A stretch of DNA of 64,000 nucleotides from an uncultured Alphaproteobacteria bacterium. GTDB taxonomy: Bacteria; Pseudomonadota; Alphaproteobacteria; UBA11222. Numbering within the stretch: position 1 is the stretch's first letter; every line of letters starts with the position of its first letter. Where the stretch lies: the NCBI GenBank assembly GCA_947258435.1, contig CAMYID010000008.1:482-64481 (forward strand). The letters run 5' to 3'. Positions 57,511-64,000 of the stretch are shown one piece after another. Under the pieces are notes generated by a model. It saw nothing but the letters and a program-made list of their open reading frames with translations, did no database searches and was not told the origin of the DNA. Position numbers and translations under genes: made by a program.

Positions 57511-60152
57511 GCGAAACTTTTCAAGCGTCGTTTGAGCATGGGGCACAATGGTTAAGAGCCGACTTCCACTTGCATACGAGGGCGGATAAAGAATTTTCCT
57601 ACGACGGAGAGGACGATCGCTTCGTTGCTAGCTACGTTGCAGGCCTCCAAACAGCAGGGATTTCCTTAGGGGTTATCACAAATCATAACAAGTTCGATGC
57701 GGGTGAATTCAAAGCCCTGCGCAAGCGTGCGCGCAAGGTCGGGATCGGTTTGCTTCCTGGCGTCGAATTATCGGTCAACGACGGCGCAAACGGTGTGCAC
57801 ACGCTCGTTGTGTTCTCAGACGACTGGCTGGCTGACGGCCATGACTACATCAACCAATTTCTTGGTGTAGCCTTTTCCGGCAAGGTTGCCGCGCAATATG
57901 AGCAAGAGAATGGACGTAGCAATGATGATCTTCTTGATACACTAAAAACACTAGAATCTTACAATCGCGATTTCTTCATCGTTTTTGCCCATGTCGAGGC
58001 CAATAGCGGCCTTTGGCACGAACTTGGCGGCGGAAGGATGCAGGAGCTCGCCGCTGAACCCTTGATCCGTAAATACGCGCTTGGCTTTCAGAAGGTACGT
58101 AGTCACGACAAGCCTGACGCTGTATGCCGCACTAAAGTTCAAGATTGGTGGGGGACCACATATCCTGCCGAAGTCGAAGGTTCCGATCCAAAATCCATTG
58201 AACAAATCGGCAAGGGCCAGAAGAGCTATCTCAAGCTTGGCGATCTTGGGTTCGACGCTGTAAAATTCGCGCTAACCGATCATAAGTTCCGCCTTTCCAC
58301 GGAGGTCCCAACTGTGGGGCACTCCCATGTCAACGCCATTCGTTTTGACGGCGGCCTGCTCGATGGTAAGCGAGTCACTTTCTCACCCCACCTCAATTGC
58401 CTAATCGGAATTCAAGGCAGCGGAAAGTCTTCAATCCTTGAGAGCGTGCGTTACGCGCTCGACATTCCCTTTGGGGATAAGGCGCAGGACAAAGAATACA
58501 AGAACGGCTTGTTGCCATATATTTTAAAAAGTGGCGGCAAGATCATCGTCGAAGCAACGGACCGGCGTGGCGAGAAGTTTGAAGTCAGCCGCATTTGGAA
58601 TCATTCTCCCGATGTGTACGTCGGTGGCGCGTTACGCCCAGGTGTCTCGATCAAAGAAACGATCATCGCAAAGCCGCTTTATTTCGGACAGAAAGACCTT
58701 TCTGCCGCCGGAAAAGGCTTTGGGCACGACCTTGTTGAGAAACTGATGGGCGATGGGCTGAAAACAGTCAGGCAGACAATCAGTGAAAAGGTCGAAGAGC
58801 TCGAAACTGCCGTTGAGAACTTTCTTTCCGTTCGCAGCGATGCTGAGGACAAACAGGTCCTCGAAGAGGATTTGAAGGACGTTGAGTTCAATTTGGAAGC
58901 CTTCGACAAACACGGCGTTAAAGAAAAGCTGGAAAAGCAAATCTCTTATAGTGATGATCTTACCTATTGCGAAAGCATCGACGAGATTGCCTCCGCCTGG
59001 CACAAGGTTATTGACGATGCTGAAAAAGAGGCTGAGGAAAACTTCAAGCAATTGGAGGCACATAGCTCCGACCACAATGCGGAGTTTTTCACCCGCTATG
59101 AAGCAAAGCTCAAGGAACTCAAGAACACTTTGGCGACCGCAAAAGTGCTAGCCACTACGATCAAATCCAAGTCCACCGAGCTCGATACGCTTCGCAAAGA
59201 GCTGGAAGGCGTTCGGGACGGATTGAAGGAGGAGTTCGCAGAGACAGAGCGCGAACTAGTGAAGGCGCTTGAAGAGCAAGGTGTAACGTCCATCCAGCCA
59301 GATGCCTATATCAAACTCACAAAGCGCAAGCAGGAGCTAGATGCGCAGATCGCCGACCTTGCCAAGCGAACTGGTAAAGAGAAGTCCAAACGTGACGCTG
59401 TCCTGACTGCGTTGAGCGCCCTGAACGATGCGTGGCATGACGAGTTCAAACTGATCGCCGCTGCGTTGAAGACCATTAATGAATCCCAAGGATCCTTGAA
59501 AGTTGAGAGCGAATTCAAGGGAGATCGTACCGCCTTTAAAGGACACATCGACGCTCTTTTCCGTGGCCACAACCTACGGAAGGACTACTATGAATCGCTT
59601 GCGAAGGCGTATGCGGATTTTGGTGAAGTGTTCAAGGATTTTGAGACAGCCGCAACTCACGCAAAAGGCAAATCGGAGGAGTTTAAGAAACTCTATATCG
59701 AGAATTTATTCGGATTGCTCAGCTATCAGGTGCCAAACAGCTATTCTGTGACGTATCACGGCAAACCGCTGACTTCGCATTCACTCGGCCAACGTGCTTC
59801 GGCTATGATGCTCTTTTTGCTTAGTCAGGAAGGGAATGATCTTCTTCTCATCGATCAACCCGAAGACGATCTCGACAGTCAAACTGTCTACGAGGAGGTC
59901 GTTAAATTGCTCAGGCAACTTAAGCTCGACCAGCAGTTTATCTTCGCAACCCATAACGCCAATTTTCCAGTGCTCGGGGATGCGGAAACCATCACCACTT
60001 GCAGCGCACGCGATGATGAAATCACTGTTTCGGTCGGGAACATAGACGACAAGGCCTGCCAGGCGAATGTCATCTCTATCATGGAGGGTGGCCCCGAGGC
60101 TTTTGAACGGCGTAAAACTATCTACCAAATATGGAGGTCCGATGAAACTTGA
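57507..60152 (+). CDS. PHP-domain + SMC/ABC-type ATPase (Ppl-like anti-phage protein)
   Basis: PHP motifs DFHLHT, TNHN, GVELS, AHVE and GSD. Walker A GIQGSGKS, long coiled coil, signature SLGQ, Walker B IDQPEDDLD and ATHN. ATG overlaps the Res stop (ATGA). Confidence 0.85.
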   Translation: MSETFQASFEHGAQWLRADFHLHTRADKEFSYDGEDDRFVASYVAGLQTAGISLGVITNHNKFDAGEFKALRKRARKVGIGLLPGVELSVNDGANGVHTLVVFSDDWLADGHDYINQFLGVAFSGKVAAQYEQENGRSNDDLLDTLKTLESYNRDFFIVFAHVEANSGLWHELGGGRMQELAAEPLIRKYALGFQKVRSHDKPDAVCRTKVQDWWGTTYPAEVEGSDPKSIEQIGKGQKSYLKLGDLGFDAVKFALTDHKFRLSTEVPTVGHSHVNAIRFDGGLLDGKRVTFSPHLNCLIGIQGSGKSSILESVRYALDIPFGDKAQDKEYKNGLLPYILKSGGKIIVEATDRRGEKFEVSRIWNHSPDVYVGGALRPGVSIKETIIAKPLYFGQKDLSAAGKGFGHDLVEKLMGDGLKTVRQTISEKVEELETAVENFLSVRSDAEDKQVLEEDLKDVEFNLEAFDKHGVKEKLEKQISYSDDLTYCESIDEIASAWHKVIDDAEKEAEENFKQLEAHSSDHNAEFFTRYEAKLKELKNTLATAKVLATTIKSKSTELDTLRKELEGVRDGLKEEFAETERELVKALEEQGVTSIQPDAYIKLTKRKQELDAQIADLAKRTGKEKSKRDAVLTALSALNDAWHDEFKLIAAALKTINESQGSLKVESEFKGDRTAFKGHIDALFRGHNLRKDYYESLAKAYADFGEVFKDFETAATHAKGKSEEFKKLYIENLFGLLSYQVPNSYSVTYHGKPLTSHSLGQRASAMMLFLLSQEGNDLLLIDQPEDDLDSQTVYEEVVKLLRQLKLDQQFIFATHNANFPVLGDAETITTCSARDDEITVSVGNIDDKACQANVISIMEGGPEAFERRKTIYQIWRSDET

Positions 60153-60188
60153 GGCGCACCTTACTGTGTTCGGGCGTCTCCTTTGGAT

Positions 60189-60261
60189 CGGGCTCTCGCG
60201 AACTGCGGCAGCTAACTGTTTCGGCCATGCGGCTTCGATCCTTCCGTATCATCTGACAGCC
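60189..60261 (+). repeat. Imperfect direct repeat, copy A (~74 bp)
   Basis: Hand alignment to 62350-62423 gives 10 differences in 74 columns. Confidence 0.85.
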
Positions 60262-60352
60262 TAAGAAGTTGAACGGATTACGTTGAGTAGATTAGTCGGG
60301 CAACTCTCGTCGACAACTTGACGCCCTTCGCAGAATCCTGCACGCTGATCTT

Positions 60353-60480
60353 GGCCTTAGGTGCATGCCGGTGTGTCCGCCACGCAAAGCAACGCAGCAC
60401 TTTCATTGATACATGAAAATTCCAGTCCATTTGTCGGGATCTGGTTAGTAGCGGGCACCTAGTCGGATCCCCATTTGGGA
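60353..60480 (+). ncRNA. Candidate structured 5' leader RNA (multi-stem junction)
   Basis: Basal stem TAGGTGC/GCACCTA encloses the hairpins TTTCAT/ATGAAA and CCAG-TCC/GGA-T-CTGG. Promoter TTGACG-17-CACGCT sits just upstream. Confidence 0.55.
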
Positions 60481-60488
60481 ACTGTACC

Positions 60489-61643
60489 ATGACTATCAAG
60501 AACGAAATCCAAACCCTCAAAACACTTGCCAAGCGCTATGCGCGTGCCAACAGGTTGCCCCTACACAAGGCGCTTGACGCCATGGCGACCGAGCTCGGCT
60601 TTGCGCATTGGAGCGACGTCGCGAAGAAGGTCAAAGCGGGATGGCTTCCTTCCGAAGAGGAAGTGTCCCGCGCCGAAGCCTTTGCGCGCCAAGCGCATCA
60701 GGATGAGGATACGAAACAGAGCTTCATCGAAGCAAGCCTTGCGCGGCCCGTTGATCAACCCGTCAGGCAAGGCAAAATCGGAGACCATGGTTTTGCTGTC
60801 TTCGAGGTCTTCGGAGATATCCGCATGGAAGGTGAAGGCTGGCGCATCCTCGTAGGCGAGGCTCAATTTGCCCAACCCGTCGTGGAGATTGAAAAGCCGT
60901 ATTCGGAGACAAGCCCCGTAAGGAGCCGTGAGTTTTTGGACGCGGCGCTCGTGATCGCCGATGAAGAGGCGGCAAAGGTTCGCGCTGGAATTGCCACAGG
61001 CTGGCCAAGGCGTTCCACAAAGCCTGATGCAGAAGGTGTAGTTGCTCATCCTCTGTTCGGGGATCGCGCCGCCTCGTGGTTCTGTCTTTACTGCGACGGT
61101 GAAATCACAGGCACGCAACTCGCCGAGAATCTCTGGCACTGTCCTGGCTGCGGAGCAGCACCTATCGACATCTTCTCATCACCTGAATGGCTCGACGGCG
61201 ATGACGTGAAAACGAAACCTGTCAATGTCTCGGGCACTCTGACGCGACCGGAACCACGGGTCGAGGTCGTGGACTCACGGCCCAAACTGAACCTCAACGA
61301 AGAAAACATCACCCTGCTTTTGCGCACGGCGTTGCTGGAAGATGCTGCCACTCCGTCCGAGCGCATCGGTGCGCTCTTGGCGGAAATTTACGTCGATGAA
61401 GAGGGTGATGCCTCCATTGTTCTGGATGAAGACCTTTGGCCCGAAGACAAAGACCCTGAAGCCGCGATAGCGGTAGCAAAGATGTTGGGTACTGAACTTG
61501 ACCTTGCCGTGACCAGCATGACCTTCCCGTTCGCATGGCCCGATCTCGGACATGTGACGACAAGCACGCGGGAATATATCCAGATGCTACTGGATGCCTA
61601 CACCGAGCACGGCATCATTCATCGCGGCGGCGACGGTCACTGA
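60489..61643 (+). CDS. Hypothetical protein: helical N-terminal domain + CxxC..CxxC zinc ribbon
   Basis: LK..AKRYAR...P...ALD..A.ELGF.HW N-terminus (the pattern of so-called glyoxalase-superfamily N-terminal domains) and WFCLYCDG...WHCPGCGA.PID. Confidence 0.75.
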   Translation: MTIKNEIQTLKTLAKRYARANRLPLHKALDAMATELGFAHWSDVAKKVKAGWLPSEEEVSRAEAFARQAHQDEDTKQSFIEASLARPVDQPVRQGKIGDHGFAVFEVFGDIRMEGEGWRILVGEAQFAQPVVEIEKPYSETSPVRSREFLDAALVIADEEAAKVRAGIATGWPRRSTKPDAEGVVAHPLFGDRAASWFCLYCDGEITGTQLAENLWHCPGCGAAPIDIFSSPEWLDGDDVKTKPVNVSGTLTRPEPRVEVVDSRPKLNLNEENITLLLRTALLEDAATPSERIGALLAEIYVDEEGDASIVLDEDLWPEDKDPEAAIAVAKMLGTELDLAVTSMTFPFAWPDLGHVTTSTREYIQMLLDAYTEHGIIHRGGDGH

Positions 61644-62251
61644 CTTTGAAGCTTGGCAATCGACTGATCCAAAGTCTCGCAGTCTGTCTTGCGAAGGATT
61701 TCCGTCTCGTATGCGGGAGAGAGAGCGGTGACTATGCCGCTCTCTTTCGCGGCTTTCAGATAAGTGATGCCGTCGAGGCCTGGATCAGCTTTCGCAACGC
61801 TTGCTATGGCTAGATCGGCAAGCCTTTCAGCCGTCAGAGGCGTAATTGTCGCGGCGATTTGTGTGTACAAAACAACGTCCAGTCCTGCGAAGTCACTCAG
61901 ACGTTCAACCAAGACATTCTTCTCTGTCACAACTTTCGGACGTTTGTAGAGACGGTCGGTTTGGCCTTCCTTGCCGATTTCCCGCCTATAAAGGACGTGG
62001 GTCGCTTCCTCTTCGGACAAATTCATCACGAAGACCTGGCCCTTAACCTGAGCGCCGCCGCTTGAAACGGGGACAAGCGTTGGTGCACCGCCGCGACCAG
62101 AACTGCTACGCGCGAACTCGACGTGGAACGGTGTCATCACGTCTTTGATGACTTCAGTGTGGTGCGTTTCTATCTCGGTACGCGGATCGGAAATCAGTGA
62201 GCCGTAACCGAGAATACCAATCGTTGTTCTATTTTGCGTGTCTTTCGACAT
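61637..62251 (-). CDS. Gamma-glutamylcyclotransferase/ChaC-like protein
   Basis: GILGYGSL, R.S.GR.G.PTL, RRE and GI.YL motifs. Confidence 0.7.
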   Translation of the reverse strand: MSKDTQNRTTIGILGYGSLISDPRTEIETHHTEVIKDVMTPFHVEFARSSSGRGGAPTLVPVSSGGAQVKGQVFVMNLSEEEATHVLYRREIGKEGQTDRLYKRPKVVTEKNVLVERLSDFAGLDVVLYTQIAATITPLTAERLADLAIASVAKADPGLDGITYLKAAKESGIVTALSPAYETEILRKTDCETLDQSIAKLQSQ

Positions 62252-62349
62252 TTCTGATATGTGCTCTTTGTGTTCAAACGAACTTCAGTAGATCAGGATT
62301 CCACCTTCTCTTTCAACTATCGGGCGCACCCCCTCAACATATTCGGGGG

Positions 62350-62423
62350 CGGGCTCTCGTGAACCGAGCCAGCCAACTGTCTCGGCCATACGGCTTCGAT
62401 CCCTTGCGCATCATCTGACAGCC
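62350..62423 (+). repeat. Imperfect direct repeat, copy B
   Basis: CGGGCTCTCG...TCGGCCAT.CGGCTTCGATCC...ATCATCTGACAGCC shared with copy A. Confidence 0.85.
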
Positions 62424-62650
62424 CTGAAGGGCTGACTGTCTTCTCTTCGTTTCGAGGGCCTGCGGCCCCGTCCTCCGTCAAGACCAAGCCCTTCGCTTTG
62501 GCTTCGCGCGAAAGCCATGGCCCGTGGCTCGGCTGCGCCTGCGCCCGCACCTCTTCCATGGCTTTCGGTCTGGACGGCCGTCCCCCCGCTCATTGGCGCG
62601 GGCCTAGTCCGGTTGCATGCGCAACCGACTACCCAAGAAAGGGGACAAAG

Positions 62651-63550
62651 ATGAAAACCGACATTTATGAAAGGGTTACCAACAAGATCATTGCCGACCT
62701 AGAGCAAGGCGAGCTGACATGGCTGAAACCATGGAGCGCGGGCAACATGGAAGGCAAGATCACCAAGCCGCTACGGCATAACGGGGTGCCCTATAGCGGC
62801 ATCAATATCCTGATGCTCTGGGGAGCCAGCATCGAGGCGGGCTTTCTCTCACCGTACTGGATGACCTTCAAACAGGCGAAGGAACTAGGCGCACACGTGA
62901 AGAAAGGCGAGCGCGGCAATCTGGTTGTCTATGCGAACACGATCACCAAAACCGAAGAGCAGGACGACGGAAGCGAGGAGGAGCGCAAGATTCCCTTTAT
63001 GAAGGGATACAGCGTTTTCAACGTCGAGCAGATCGAGGGCTTGCCCGAGCACTACTACACCAAGCCGAAAGAGATCATCGATCCCGCGCAGCGCATTCAG
63101 CATGCGGAAAGTTTCTTTGCGAGCACAGGCGCAGACATCCGCCACGGCGGCAACTCGGCCCACTACAGCGGCGGCAGTGATCATGTGCAAATACCGTATT
63201 TCGAGACCTTCAGAAGCCCACAAGCCTACTATGCGACCTTGGCGCATGAGCTGACCCACTGGACCAAGCACCCCAAACGCCTTGACCGTGAATTCGGGCG
63301 CAAGCGTTGGGGCGATGAAGGCTATGCGCGCGAAGAGCTTGTCGCCGAACTTGGTGCAGCATTTCTATGCGCCGACCTTGAACTCGCGCCGGAACCGCGT
63401 GCCGATCATGCGGCCTATATCCAGAGCTGGCTCAAGGTCCTGCAAAACGACAAGCGCGCGATCTTCAGCGCCGCCGCTCATGCCCAGCGCGCCGCCGATT
63501 TCCTGCACGGGCTTCAGCCTGTCATCGAGGAGGTGAGTAACGTTGCGTGA
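62651..63550 (+). CDS. ardC: Antirestriction protein ArdC (ssDNA-binding N-domain + zincin-like domain)
   Basis: IY..VT..II..LE.G..PW.KPW, YSGIN...LW, W.TFKQA, VFN.EQ, AHELTHWT, YA.EELVAE and A.YI.SW. Confidence 0.92.
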   Translation: MKTDIYERVTNKIIADLEQGELTWLKPWSAGNMEGKITKPLRHNGVPYSGINILMLWGASIEAGFLSPYWMTFKQAKELGAHVKKGERGNLVVYANTITKTEEQDDGSEEERKIPFMKGYSVFNVEQIEGLPEHYYTKPKEIIDPAQRIQHAESFFASTGADIRHGGNSAHYSGGSDHVQIPYFETFRSPQAYYATLAHELTHWTKHPKRLDREFGRKRWGDEGYAREELVAELGAAFLCADLELAPEPRADHAAYIQSWLKVLQNDKRAIFSAAAHAQRAADFLHGLQPVIEEVSNVA

Positions 63551-63565
63551 CCATCGGGAAAAATT

Positions 63566-63591
63566 CGCGGCTGGCCTTCAGGCCAGCCGCG
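63566..63591. terminator. Perfect hairpin between convergent ardC and a small ORF
   Basis: CGCGGCTGGCC-TTCA-GGCCAGCCGCG, with a T-tract on the minus strand. Confidence 0.75.
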
Positions 63592-63600
63592 TTGATGGCC

Positions 63601-63780
63601 TCATAGACCTGGCGGGCGGACCGCCAGTTCGGCCTCGATATTGTGCAGCGATGCAAGAGCATTGCTGCGTTCAATCGATCCGCGAGGAGCGGAAGCAAAG
63701 GCGTTGAAAGCCTCGCGTAAGAGGGCATGCAGTTCGGCTGTGCTGCGCGATGCTGCATCGAAGCGTGTGATGAGTATCAT
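63601..63780 (-). CDS. Small hypothetical protein (59 aa)
   Basis: Strong GGAGGT RBS before ATG 63780. Reads MILITRFDAASRSTAELHALLR...NALASL.NIEAEL. Confidence 0.7.
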   Translation of the reverse strand: MILITRFDAASRSTAELHALLREAFNAFASAPRGSIERSNALASLHNIEAELAVRPPGL

Positions 63781-64000
63781 CGTCACCTCCTGTTGATTGT
63801 CAGGAGGCCCCGAACCGTTCAGGGCCTTTCGGCCCTCGCACACATCATCCATGGCCCAGTGAAGGCGCTGATGGATCGGGGTAACGCACTTGAAATCAAT
63901 CGGACGGAGGCGCTGAGGAACGCGTGAATAAGCATTCAGTGTCGGCAGTTAGCGCAGCATGAACGGACCTTTGCCCGCGCACGGCTTGCAGCATTTCGCC

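Larger units (their letters stand above)
44791..64000. mobile_element. Integrative (probably mobilizable) island inserted at the tRNA-Arg 3' end; right end lies beyond the window
   Basis: Serine recombinase abuts the tRNA. VirD4, ardC, an RM system and many hypotheticals follow, and sequence style visibly changes. No duplicated tRNA 3' end was seen in the window. Confidence 0.88.

Noticed and set aside
62498-62650. N-terminal extension of ArdC in the ORF track
   Set aside because: The TTG start falls within the hairpin leader. Family similarity and an RBS point to ATG 62651.
44791-64000. Prophage or complete ICE
   Set aside because: No capsid, terminase or tail genes and no VirB/Tra mating-pair genes in the window. 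Only an integrase, coupling protein and ardC are visible, and the rest may lie outside.

Overview
Chromosomal window from an alphaproteobacterium, inferred from the flbT/flaF flagellin locus, the lmdC-bactofilin pair, an RNase E with an S1 insert and GWW tail, and GAAC-N7-GAAC LexA boxes. Positions ~1-44,790 are core genome: tRNA-Tyr, rlmB, nitroreductase-mazG, an AsmA/YhdP-like protein, glnE, bcp, M23 peptidase plus bactofilin, frameshifted prfB, PBP1A, amiC, rne, several metabolic and transport genes, a thiS-thiG fusion, and a sigma54-driven two-flagellin locus with a TPR GT41 glycosyltransferase and a nearby TPR sulfotransferase. From the 3' end of tRNA-Arg(ACG) at 44,790 to the window end is an integrative, probably mobilizable island whose far end is not visible. 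It carries a large serine recombinase that reads through the tRNA antisense, a VirD4 coupling-protein operon with no relaxase in view, a cluster of hypothetical genes behind a LexA box, and an oriT-like palindrome with a hairpin array. It also carries a tightly coupled Type III Mod-Res plus PHP/ABC-ATPase (Ppl-like) defence operon, a repeat-flanked cassette (a Zn-ribbon protein with a structured 5' leader RNA and a GGCT-like gene), and ardC. All calls come from reading motifs by eye. No database searches, GC calculations or RNA folding were run.
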